Of a stretch of 64,000 bases of DNA, positions 40,570-49,693 are shown piece after piece. The notes under the pieces were generated by a model. That model had not been told where the DNA came from and ran no database searches. It worked only from the letters and a program-made list of their open reading frames with translations. A program made the translations under genes and the position numbers. Source of the stretch: an uncultured Clostridia bacterium (GTDB lineage Bacteria > Bacillota > Clostridia > Peptostreptococcales > Anaerovoracaceae); the NCBI GenBank assembly GCA_934281605.1, contig CAKQXD010000008.1, forward strand, positions 15,114 through 79,113. Reading direction: 5' to 3'. Positions within the stretch are counted from its first letter, which is position 1. Each line of letters begins with the position of its first letter.

Positions 40570-41157
40570 ATGGCAACAAATAGAGAACCAGTATTGAAGA
40601 GATGCAGATCCCTTCAGATCGACCCAAGTCACTTAGGTATTTTCAAGGAGTCCAAGAGAGCTCCTCAGAAGAACATGAAAAAAATGAGCGAATATGGTCT
40701 CCAGCTTCGTGAAAAGCAGAGAGCTAAGTTCGTATATGGCGTAGAAGAAAAGCAGTTCAGAAACACATTCAACAAAGCAGCGAAGAAAAAGGGTATCACT
40801 GGTGAAAACCTGCTGATCATGCTCGAAAAGAGACTGGACAACGTTGTTTACAGAATGGGACTGTCCCTGACAAGAAGAGAAGCCAGACAGCTGGTTGTTC
40901 ACAGCCACTTCCTGGTAAACGGTAAGAAAGTAAACATCCCATCCTATCAGGTAAAGGCCGGTGATGTTATCTCCGTAAAGGCTAAGAGCCTCAACTCTCC
41001 GAAATTCAAGGAGATCAAAGAGATGACTGTAGGTGTTCCTGAGTGGCTGAGCGTTGACAGAGACAAGATGGAAGGAAAGGTTATTGCTGATCCGACTAGA
41101 GAACAGATCGATACTCCAATTGAAGAACGTTTAATCGTCGAATTGTATTCCAAGTAA
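40570..41157 (+). CDS. rpsD: 30S ribosomal protein S4
   Basis: sequence; located inside the alpha operon. Confidence 0.9.
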   Translation: MATNREPVLKRCRSLQIDPSHLGIFKESKRAPQKNMKKMSEYGLQLREKQRAKFVYGVEEKQFRNTFNKAAKKKGITGENLLIMLEKRLDNVVYRMGLSLTRREARQLVVHSHFLVNGKKVNIPSYQVKAGDVISVKAKSLNSPKFKEIKEMTVGVPEWLSVDRDKMEGKVIADPTREQIDTPIEERLIVELYSK

Positions 41158-41204
41158 TCTGTTGACTGATCGTTACAGTTTTGGAATGAAAAGGAGGGTT
41201 TTGA

Positions 41205-42152
41205 GTGATAGAAATCGAAAAACCAACAATCGAATGTATATTTTCAAACGAGGATCCCAATTACGGGAAGTTTGTCGTAGAACCTCTGGAAAGAGGCTAC
41301 GGTACGACTTTGGGAAACAGCCTGAGAAGAATTCTGCTGAGTTCACTTCCCGGAGTTGCTGTTACGTCAGTCAAGATCGACGGTATTCTTCATGAGTTTT
41401 CCACCATTCCTGGTGTAAAGGAAGATGTTACAGAAATCATCCTGAACCTCAAGAAGCTGGCAGTGAAACTCAATGGAGAAAATACAAAAAGAGTTCTGAT
41501 CAATGCCATTGGTCCGAAAGAAGTTACGGCAGCAGATATTTTAGGAGATTCCGATGTGGAAATCTTCAACCCGGAACTTCATATCGCGACCCTGGAAGAG
41601 AACGCTACTCTTATTATGGAAATCAATCTGGCACGGGGCAGAGGTTACGTTCCGGCCGATATGAACAAAGATGAAAACACACCGATTTCGGTAATTCCTA
41701 CAGACTCGATTTACACACCGGTAAGAAAGGTAAACTTCACGGTGGAGAATACGAGAGTAGGTCAGGTGACCGACTATGACAGACTCGTTCTCGAGATCTG
41801 GACAGACGGTTCTGTAACGCCGAGCGAAGGTGTATCCATCGGATCCAAAATCATGCAGGAGCATCTGAACCTGTTCGTAGAACTGACAGACTCCGCAGAA
41901 GGCATGGAGATCATGGTCGAAAAAGAAGAGAACCAGAAAGAAAAGGCTCTCGAAATGACTATCGAGGAACTGGAGCTTTCCGTTCGTTCTTTCAACTGCC
42001 TTAAGAGAGCAGCGATCAACACAGTAGAAGAACTGACACACAGAAGTGAAGAAGACATGATGAAGGTTCGTAATCTTGGTAAGAAGTCCCTGGACGAAGT
42101 GAAGCATAAGCTGGAAGAGCTGGGGTTGAGCCTGAAACAAAGCGATGAATAG
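41205..42152 (+). CDS. rpoA: DNA-directed RNA polymerase subunit alpha (GTG start)
   Basis: sequence and order. Confidence 0.9.
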   Translation: MIEIEKPTIECIFSNEDPNYGKFVVEPLERGYGTTLGNSLRRILLSSLPGVAVTSVKIDGILHEFSTIPGVKEDVTEIILNLKKLAVKLNGENTKRVLINAIGPKEVTAADILGDSDVEIFNPELHIATLEENATLIMEINLARGRGYVPADMNKDENTPISVIPTDSIYTPVRKVNFTVENTRVGQVTDYDRLVLEIWTDGSVTPSEGVSIGSKIMQEHLNLFVELTDSAEGMEIMVEKEENQKEKALEMTIEELELSVRSFNCLKRAAINTVEELTHRSEEDMMKVRNLGKKSLDEVKHKLEELGLSLKQSDE

Positions 42153-42172
42153 AGAAATAGGAGGATGCAGCG

Positions 42173-42514
42173 ATGCCAGGATATAGAAAATTAGGCAGAA
42201 CTTCAGCTCACAGAAAGTCTATGCTGAGAAATCTGGTAACAGATCTGCTCAGAGAAGGCAGAATCACTACGACTGACACAAGAGCGAAGGAAGCCAGAAG
42301 ACAGGCAGAAAAAATGATCACGCTTGCTAAGCGCGGAGATCTCCACGCTAGAAGACAGGCGCTCGCATACGTATATGATGAAACTGTAGTAACTAAGTTA
42401 TTTGATGAAATCGCTCCGAAGTATGCAGACAGACAGGGCGGTTACACAAGAATCCTGAAGCTTGGACCTCGTCAGGGAGACAACGCTGAAATGGTATTCT
42501 TAGAACTGGTTTAA
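42173..42514 (+). CDS. rplQ: 50S ribosomal protein L17
   Basis: [17 protein letters not shown]. Confidence 0.9.
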   Translation: MPGYRKLGRTSAHRKSMLRNLVTDLLREGRITTTDTRAKEARRQAEKMITLAKRGDLHARRQALAYVYDETVVTKLFDEIAPKYADRQGGYTRILKLGPRQGDNAEMVFLELV

Positions 42515-42531
42515 TCAGAATACAAAACAAG

Positions 42532-42560
42532 CATAAAAACGGACTTCGGTCCGTTTTTTG
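42532..42560 (+). terminator. intrinsic terminator after rplQ
   Basis: AAAAACGGAC TTCG GTCCGTTTTTT. Confidence 0.7.
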
Positions 42561-42652
42561 TTGTTCTGGAAACTTGACCGCAAAGCCTCAAATACGGTAT
42601 GATAGGAATAGCAAAACACACAGCTGGACAAATAAATAGTAGGAGATTGATT

Positions 42653-42958
42653 ATGGTTAAACTGGAGAATGTACTGGGCGGAAGCGTTCAGTTTCACTTT
42701 AATATCGCAGAGAAGCTGCACAAGATCGTCGTGATCGCAGAGGGCGTCACGACCGTGTACGACGAAGATGAAGTCCTGGCAATGCTCAAGGTCTGGAACC
42801 ACCTGGGCGAGGCGCTGGAATCGGACAAGATGGCGGTGGATCTGGTCAACGGATTCATGAGCAAGTTCGAGGAAGACGGGGAGACTTACGTGGAATATTC
42901 CTACGGCGCACGCGATCTGCGGTGCAATGTCAAAACCGGAGAACTGGTCGAGGACTAG
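42653..42958 (+). CDS. hypothetical protein (101 aa)
   Basis: ORF with GGAG RBS and an upstream promoter-like TTGACC-18-TATGAT; no family recognised. Confidence 0.35.
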   Translation: MVKLENVLGGSVQFHFNIAEKLHKIVVIAEGVTTVYDEDEVLAMLKVWNHLGEALESDKMAVDLVNGFMSKFEEDGETYVEYSYGARDLRCNVKTGELVED

Positions 42959-43001
42959 TATCCTCCAGTGACTCAACTAACGAAGGAGAATGAGAATACC
43001 C

Positions 43002-43832
43002 ATGAATTACGAAATAGTAATGGAGATGCAGCGCATCTGCGCAGGCGAAGAGCGGGAACTGACCCGCGGCCAGATCGCTGAAGAGACCATTGACATCAAG
43101 AAAGAGATCAAGAATCTGCCTCCTGACAAGGCACGGGAGTGCGAGATTTTTTATGAAAAGATGCTGCAGGACGCTTCGAAAAAGGCGTACAATGTGGACA
43201 CCCTGATGACCGAAAAAGAAGCTATCCAGCAGGAGTTTGACACCTTCCGACGCGAGAGCATCGGTAACGACAGCTTCCACGCCATGTATGACGCCATCAG
43301 CGAATTCTTTATGAATCCGCCGTTTGAGGGTCTCGACACCATCGAATACGGCGTCAACGAAGTCTGCGTCTTTGCAGTGCTGGAATACGTAGCCGGCAGG
43401 AGAAACGACGACCACGATCACGAGGGATGCCGCAAGGACTACTGGGACAGCATCGCGCAGCGGACTTACGACGCTACCGCGGACCACTGGATCGGCGTAT
43501 ATGACGACCTGCAGAAGCGTTTCGACAAGATCTGGGCGGATGCCGATGCACAGGATCCTGCAAAGGCTCCGGCGGACGGTTCTGCTGCAAAGACTGCTCC
43601 GGCGGCTGATCGGGCGCTTCAGGAGAAAATGGCAGCTTGCGGTATCTTAGCGATCGCCGCGATCCGCGATCAGGACGCATTCTCCCTGGATATGGTGCAG
43701 GGAGGCGCTTTGCAGAAAGCTAAAGAAGTCGTGGAAGAGTTTATGTCCGACAATTATGAAGAAGGCAGAAGCGACTTTACGGACAACGTAGTACGTCTGC
43801 TCCGCTTCCTCAACGAGTTTTTTACGGTATAA
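43002..43832 (+). CDS. hypothetical acidic protein (276 aa)
   Basis: ORF with GAAGGAG RBS; followed by a hairpin plus T-run at 43868-43910; no family recognised. Confidence 0.4.
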   Translation: MNYEIVMEMQRICAGEERELTRGQIAEETIDIKKEIKNLPPDKARECEIFYEKMLQDASKKAYNVDTLMTEKEAIQQEFDTFRRESIGNDSFHAMYDAISEFFMNPPFEGLDTIEYGVNEVCVFAVLEYVAGRRNDDHDHEGCRKDYWDSIAQRTYDATADHWIGVYDDLQKRFDKIWADADAQDPAKAPADGSAAKTAPAADRALQEKMAACGILAIAAIRDQDAFSLDMVQGGALQKAKEVVEEFMSDNYEEGRSDFTDNVVRLLRFLNEFFTV

Positions 43833-43918
43833 GAAGGGCATGTATCATAATATAAAGGTCAAAATCAGGTATCTGACGGGGAACTGTCAGGTGCCTTTTT
43901 CTTTTTTTTGAAAAATTA

Positions 43919-43945
43919 TTAGCACTCTCATGTATTGAGTGCTAA
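43919..43945 (+). promoter_or_regulatory. CIRCE (HrcA operator) TTAGCACTC-N9-GAGTGCTAA
   Basis: Exact match to the CIRCE consensus, located upstream of clpB. Confidence 0.7.
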
Positions 43946-43952
43946 AAAGTTC

Positions 43953-43981
43953 TTGACTTTCACTAAAACCGGTCTTACAAT
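43953..43981 (+). promoter_or_regulatory. sigma-A promoter TTGACT-17-TACAAT for clpB
   Basis: read directly, immediately 3' of CIRCE. Confidence 0.5.
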
Positions 43982-44019
43982 AGAATTAAACAGGGAAGAC
44001 CCTATTGGAGGTGAGATTT

Positions 44020-46611
44020 ATGAATATAGAAAAATATACACAGAACGCTCAGGGGGCGATTATCGATTGTCAGAATATTGCAGTCGAGGAAGGACATCAG
44101 CAGATCGATGGCGAACATCTGCATCTGGCACTGCTCATGCAGAAGGACGGACTGATCCCGAAACTTCTGAAATTCATGAGCATCAACACCGGTGAAGTGA
44201 TCGGTGCGGTACAGCAGCAGATCGACAAACTGCCGAAGGTTTCCGGCAGTGCGGAATCCATGTACACTACAAGACGGCTGCAGCAGCTGCTTCTCAGCGC
44301 TGAGAAAAAAGCTGAGAAGATGAAGGACGAATATGTCAGCGTTGAGCATCTGTATCTGGCTCTGCTGGATGAGAGAAATACTCCATCGGCTGAGATCTTC
44401 AGAAGATACGGTATCACCAAGGATAAGTTCCTGGACGCTTTGAATCAGGTGAGAGGCAACCAGAGAGTGACCAGCCAGAATCCGGAGGAGAACTACGATG
44501 CACTCAATAAATACGGACGTGACCTGGTAGAGATGGCACGGGAAGGCAAGCTGGATCCGGTCATTGGTCGAGACAGCGAGATTCGTCACACCATCCAGAT
44601 CCTTTCCAGAAGGACCAAGAACAACCCGGTACTCATCGGTGAGCCGGGCGTAGGTAAAACTGCCGTTGTAGAAGGACTGGCGCAGCGTATCTTAAATGGA
44701 GACGTGCCGGAAGGACTGAAGGACAAGACCATTTTCGCACTGGATATGGGAGCTCTGATTGCAGGAGCTAAATTCCGGGGTGAATTTGAGGAACGTCTGA
44801 AGGCAGTCCTCAACGAAATCGAGAAATCCGAGGGCAGGATCATTCTGTTCATCGACGAGATCCACAACATCGTAGGCGCAGGCAAGACCGAGGGCGCGAT
44901 GGACGCAGGCAACCTGCTGAAACCGAAACTTGCCAGAGGCGAGCTCCACTGCATCGGCGCAACGACTCTGGATGAATACAGAAAGTATATCGAAAAGGAT
45001 GCCGCTCTGGAACGTCGTTTCCAGAAGGTTCTGGTCGATCAGCCGACGGTGGAGGATACCATTTCCATCCTCCGTGGACTGAAAGAACGGTTTGAGATCC
45101 ACCACGGCGTAAGGATCACCGACAGCGCGCTGATCGCGTGCGCGACTTTGTCGGACCGTTATATTAGCGACAGATTCCTGCCGGACAAGGCCATCGACCT
45201 GATGGACGAGGCTGCGGCGCGGATCCGTACCGAGATCGACAGCATGCCGTCTGAACTGGACGAAATCTCCAGAAAGATCATGCAGCTGGAAATCGAAAAA
45301 CAGGCGCTGGCCAAAGAATCCGATGCAGGCTCCAAGGCGCGGCTGGAAAACCTGGAAAAAGAGCTGTCTCAGTTAAAGGATGAAAGCAACTCCATGAGAG
45401 CTCAGTGGGAAGGCGAGAAGAAAGCCATCACCGAGGTCAAGGTCATCAAGCAGGAAATCGAGTCGGTAAAACATGACATCGAAGAAGCTGAGAGAAACTA
45501 CGACCTGGAGAAACTGGCACAGCTGAAATACGGCACTTTGCCGGATCTGGAGAAGAAGCTGGAAGTCGAAAAGAAAAAGGCAGAAGAGGGCAAGGATGCC
45601 CGTCTTCTGAAAGAAGAAGTCGGCGAAGAAGAAATCGCGGAAGTCATCTCCGGCTGGACCGGCATCCCGGTCAGCAAGCTGGTGGAAAGCGAGCGGGAAA
45701 AACTGCTGAAGCTGCCTGAAATACTCCATAAGAGAGTCATCGGACAGGACGAAGGCGTGCAGGCCGTGGCGGAAGCCGTGCTCCGTGCCCGTGCAGGATT
45801 AAAGGATGAAAAGCGGCCGATCGGTTCGTTTATCTTCCTGGGACCTACCGGAGTCGGCAAGACCGAGCTGGCCAAGGCTCTGTCTGAAGCGCTGTTTGAC
45901 TCCGAGCGGAACATGATCCGAATCGATATGTCCGAGTACATGGAGAAGCACTCCGTCTCCAGACTGGTAGGAGCTCCTCCGGGATACGTCGGCTACGATG
46001 AAGGCGGTCAGCTGACCGAAGCCGTAAGACGGAAGCCGTACAGCGTTATCCTGTTTGACGAGATCGAAAAGGCTCACCCGGATGTGTTCAACATCCTGCT
46101 GCAGCTGCTGGATGACGGCCGTCTGACCGACAACCAGGGCAGGACCGTAGACTTCAAGAACACCATCGTCATCATGACGTCCAACATCGGCAGCAGCTAT
46201 CTGATCGACGGTATCCGTCAGGACGGAACCATCGATGCTGATGTAAAACAGAAGGTAGAGGATGAGACGAAGAAGTACTTCCGTCCGGAATTCCTCAACC
46301 GTATCGACGAGATCGTCGTATTCTCACCGCTGACCGAGGATCAGATCGTCAAGATCATCGATCTGGGTATGCGGGACATCGAACACCGCCTCGAAGAGCG
46401 GAATATCACTCTGTCCCTTACGGATGCGGCTAAGAAGTTTATCGCCGACGAGAGCTATGACCCGGCATACGGCGCACGACCGGTCAAGAGATTCCTGCAG
46501 CGCAGCGTAGAAACTGAGCTGGCAGGCGAGATCATCCGGGGCGCCGTCAAGGACGGCGACAGCGTCGTCATCGACAGCGATGGAAGCAAGCTGAGCTTCC
46601 AGACGAAATAA
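44020..46611 (+). CDS. clpB: ATP-dependent chaperone ClpB
   Basis: two AAA+ modules ([16 protein letters not shown]), long coiled-coil M-domain, N-terminal Clp_N repeats. Confidence 0.9.
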   Translation: MNIEKYTQNAQGAIIDCQNIAVEEGHQQIDGEHLHLALLMQKDGLIPKLLKFMSINTGEVIGAVQQQIDKLPKVSGSAESMYTTRRLQQLLLSAEKKAEKMKDEYVSVEHLYLALLDERNTPSAEIFRRYGITKDKFLDALNQVRGNQRVTSQNPEENYDALNKYGRDLVEMAREGKLDPVIGRDSEIRHTIQILSRRTKNNPVLIGEPGVGKTAVVEGLAQRILNGDVPEGLKDKTIFALDMGALIAGAKFRGEFEERLKAVLNEIEKSEGRIILFIDEIHNIVGAGKTEGAMDAGNLLKPKLARGELHCIGATTLDEYRKYIEKDAALERRFQKVLVDQPTVEDTISILRGLKERFEIHHGVRITDSALIACATLSDRYISDRFLPDKAIDLMDEAAARIRTEIDSMPSELDEISRKIMQLEIEKQALAKESDAGSKARLENLEKELSQLKDESNSMRAQWEGEKKAITEVKVIKQEIESVKHDIEEAERNYDLEKLAQLKYGTLPDLEKKLEVEKKKAEEGKDARLLKEEVGEEEIAEVISGWTGIPVSKLVESEREKLLKLPEILHKRVIGQDEGVQAVAEAVLRARAGLKDEKRPIGSFIFLGPTGVGKTELAKALSEALFDSERNMIRIDMSEYMEKHSVSRLVGAPPGYVGYDEGGQLTEAVRRKPYSVILFDEIEKAHPDVFNILLQLLDDGRLTDNQGRTVDFKNTIVIMTSNIGSSYLIDGIRQDGTIDADVKQKVEDETKKYFRPEFLNRIDEIVVFSPLTEDQIVKIIDLGMRDIEHRLEERNITLSLTDAAKKFIADESYDPAYGARPVKRFLQRSVETELAGEIIRGAVKDGDSVVIDSDGSKLSFQTK

Positions 46612-46643
46612 AGAATGATACTCTGCTGAAAAGCAGAATGCAA

Positions 46644-46697
46644 AAGGCTATTGCACGAGACTGTACAAGTCAAGGCAATAGCCTTTTTGTTATTTTT
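46644..46697 (+). terminator. intrinsic terminator after clpB
   Basis: AAGGCTATTGC..GCAATAGCCTT plus TTTTGTTATTTTT. Confidence 0.6.
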
Positions 46698-46985
46698 CGA
46701 CACATTTTTCGCGAGGGGGTATTCCCCGATGTACAGAAAAAAATACAAGAAATTTTTCTTCCAAAACCAGACTGAAATCGGACAATCAGACTGGTTTTTC
46801 TTTTTGCTGCAAAGATTTCGCCAGGGCGTATTTTAAAAGAAAAGGATAGCTTGCGGCGTCAGGAGGGGGGCGCATGGCACACATGGGATTTATTAACAAA
46901 CCGTGAGCGCCTTGGAAATACGTGGATTGCGGGGAATTTTGTACCGATGCTAAAATAGGTTATTCATTCGGGGAGGAACATTTTA

Positions 46986-47558
46986 ATGAACAAATCCATA
47001 CGACGAATCTGGAATGTGATCTCCATTATTTTAGTGGTGATCGTCGTGGCATTGACCATACTGCTGGTGGGCGTGCGGCTCATCGGTCTGCAGCCCTATG
47101 CGGTCCTGTCGGGCTCCATGGAGCCGACCTATCATACAGGCGCTCTGATCTATGTGAAAAAGACCCAGCCTCAGGAAGTAGAGGTCGGTGATCCCATTAC
47201 TTTCGTACTGGATGATCAGCTCAACATCGCCACCCACAGGGTAATTAAAATAGACGATGCAAACCGGCATTTTTATACCAAGGGCGATGCCAACGAGTTT
47301 GCCGATGCATCGCCGGTGCACTACAACAACCTGATCGGCAAGCCGGTCTTCACCATCCCTTATTTGGGATACCTGTCCGCCTATGTAAAGGATCCTCCCG
47401 GCAGATACATAGCGCTGGCTGCTGCGGCCGTCCTGCTGCTTCTCGTATTCCTGCCGGATCTGTTTGACGGGGAGAAGAAAAAGGAAAAGAAATCCGGCGC
47501 CAGTGGCAGGGCGGAGTCCTCTGCCGCAGGGGATCATCAAGATGTGGGTAACGCTTAA
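46986..47558 (+). CDS. sipW: SipW-type signal peptidase I (canonical)
   Basis: AVLSGSMEPTYHTGALIYV..VGDPITF..IATHRVIKIDD..FYTKGDANEFAD is collinear with B. subtilis SipW; N- and C-terminal TM segments. Confidence 0.75.
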   Translation: MNKSIRRIWNVISIILVVIVVALTILLVGVRLIGLQPYAVLSGSMEPTYHTGALIYVKKTQPQEVEVGDPITFVLDDQLNIATHRVIKIDDANRHFYTKGDANEFADASPVHYNNLIGKPVFTIPYLGYLSAYVKDPPGRYIALAAAAVLLLLVFLPDLFDGEKKKEKKSGASGRAESSAAGDHQDVGNA

Positions 47559-47607
47559 AAGCGCCCAGATATATTCCATTAAAACTTATTTTACAGGAGG
47601 AAATGAA

Positions 47608-48183
47608 ATGAAAAGCAAGAAGAAAGTTTTTATGACTGTTCTGTGCGCTGCCGCGCTCGTTGTCGCAAGCGTACTGGGAACAATGGCGTTTTTAACGTCA
47701 AAAGACAAGGTAAACAATACGTTTACAGTTGGTAACGTAGCAATCACGCTGGATGAAGCTAAGGTTACCGATGCTGGAAATCCAGTTGAAGGAGCTGACA
47801 GAGTAAAGGCGAATATCTACAAACTGATTCCAGGTCATGAATACACAAAGGACCCTACGGTTCACGTAACTGCAAACAGTGAAGACAGCTGGGTATTCAT
47901 AAAGGTAGAAGACGGTCTTGCTGCTATCGAAGATGATACTACGGTTGCTGATCAGATCACAGGCAATGGGTGGACTGCACTGGATGGCGTTGCAGGCGTT
48001 TATTACAAAGAATACTCTTCCAGCACAGCTGCAACAGATCTGGTTGTGTTTGAAACATTTAAGGTAAAAGGCGATGCTGATGTAGCTCAGTATGCAAACG
48101 CTAAGATCGATGTTACAGCATATGCGATCCAGAAAGATGGATTCACAACACCGGCAGCAGCCTGGGCTGAAGTAAGCAAATAA
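47608..48183 (+). CDS. TasA/camelysin-family protein with SipW-cognate signal peptide (small, 191 aa)
   Basis: LGTMAFLTSKDKVNNTFTVGNVAITLDE; GGAGG RBS. Confidence 0.55.
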   Translation: MKSKKKVFMTVLCAAALVVASVLGTMAFLTSKDKVNNTFTVGNVAITLDEAKVTDAGNPVEGADRVKANIYKLIPGHEYTKDPTVHVTANSEDSWVFIKVEDGLAAIEDDTTVADQITGNGWTALDGVAGVYYKEYSSSTAATDLVVFETFKVKGDADVAQYANAKIDVTAYAIQKDGFTTPAAAWAEVSK

Positions 48184-48228
48184 GCATACACATCGCGTTA
48201 AGACAAATACAAGAAAGGACTATTCGTC

Positions 48229-48939
48229 ATGAAAAAGAAAATCGTAACCTGCTGTCTGGTGGCAGCATTGCTGGTGATCGGCGTCATCGGTGCATCCCTG
48301 GCCTACTTCACCGACAAAGATGCGAAAGACAACGTATTTACGACGGGCAACGTAGATATTTCTCTGCAGGAAAACTTTGAACAGAATTCCAAGCTGCTTC
48401 CGGCAACAGGAAGTGCTCAGAACGGGACACTGGAAAACGGTGTGACCAAGGAGATCATGGTAAAAAATGAACTGAAGTCGGAAGATGCATATGTCCGCGT
48501 ACATATCGCGATCCCGTCTATTTTAGATGACGGCGCTTCCACCTTTGATGCGAAGAATAATGTTCTGCATTTCAACTATGACCCGGATTCCATCGGTGCA
48601 GGCAAGTGGGACTGGTCCAGAACTTCCGGAGCTCCATATCAGGGTGACTGGAATTTCTACACCACTACGATCGACGACATTGACTACAATGTTTACGTTG
48701 TAACATACGGAACTGCGTTAAAGGCTGGAGAAACGACTCCGGAAAAGGCAATGCATCAGGTTTACCTGGACAGCAAGGTAACCAATGCAGATATCACAAA
48801 GATCAAGGAATCTTTAGGCGATAACTGGGAGATCAAGGTTGTCGCAGAAGGAGCGCAGGCTGCTGGCTTTGCAGATGCTTATGCTGCACTGAATGCTGGC
48901 TTCGGCGTGCCGGGCACTTATGACGCTTTTGCAAAATAG
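48229..48939 (+). CDS. TasA/camelysin-family protein with SipW-cognate signal peptide
   Basis: GASLAYFTDKDAKDNVFTTGNVDISLQE (classic AYFTD). Confidence 0.6.
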   Translation: MKKKIVTCCLVAALLVIGVIGASLAYFTDKDAKDNVFTTGNVDISLQENFEQNSKLLPATGSAQNGTLENGVTKEIMVKNELKSEDAYVRVHIAIPSILDDGASTFDAKNNVLHFNYDPDSIGAGKWDWSRTSGAPYQGDWNFYTTTIDDIDYNVYVVTYGTALKAGETTPEKAMHQVYLDSKVTNADITKIKESLGDNWEIKVVAEGAQAAGFADAYAALNAGFGVPGTYDAFAK

Positions 48940-49125
48940 GCTGCTGGATCAGCTGCATACCCTGCTCACATCAAGATGAGCAGGGCATACATGAGTGCCT
49001 GAGGAGGGATCTTTGCAGGAGACGCTGCAAAGAGTTTGCAGACATTCATCTATGTCCTGCGCCGCATGCGTGGGCAAGCGAAAACTAAGTACGTTAATTT
49101 GAGAAAAAAACGAGGAGCTATCACT

Positions 49126-49674
49126 ATGAAAAAGAAAATCGTAGCAGGAGCCGTTCTGGTTCTATGTCTTTCCATGTTGATCTATTCGACGATCGCTTAC
49201 TTTAACACGGCGGACACAGCGAGAAATGTGATCACATCGGGAAACATCAAGATCGCTCTAAACGAGACAGACGCTGCAGGCGCGCCGTTTAAAGACGCCG
49301 TGGACGTCATGCCGGGACAGACGGTCGATAAAATCGTTACCGTACAAAACACAGGAGATAATCCGTCCTACATACGAGTCAGCGTGACGAAAGCCATCCA
49401 GCTGGCAGCAGGCATGAGCGGAAATCCCGACGCCGGTCTGCTTTCGCTGGATTTCGATACGACCCACTGGACGCTGCAGGACGGATATTATTACTATAAT
49501 GAAGCGCTGGAGCCGGGGCAGACCACGGCGCCGCTTTTTACAGGCGTGACTTTCGATAAGTCCATGGGCAATCTGTATCAGAAAAGCAAGGCAGTTATCA
49601 CAGTCAACGCACAGGGCACTCAGGTGGAGCACAACGGCACATCGGCCCTCACCGCAAACGGCTGGCCGGAATAG
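49126..49674 (+). CDS. TasA/camelysin-family protein with SipW-cognate signal peptide
   Basis: STIAYFNTADTARNVITSGNIKIALNE. Confidence 0.55.
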   Translation: MKKKIVAGAVLVLCLSMLIYSTIAYFNTADTARNVITSGNIKIALNETDAAGAPFKDAVDVMPGQTVDKIVTVQNTGDNPSYIRVSVTKAIQLAAGMSGNPDAGLLSLDFDTTHWTLQDGYYYYNEALEPGQTTAPLFTGVTFDKSMGNLYQKSKAVITVNAQGTQVEHNGTSALTANGWPE

Positions 49675-49693
49675 GAAAGGAGGAAACTAGCAT

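Noticed and set aside
46651-46836. 61-aa ORF after clpB
   Set aside because: It overlaps the clpB terminator hairpin and T-tract; Phe/Lys-rich from AT-rich intergenic DNA; no RBS.
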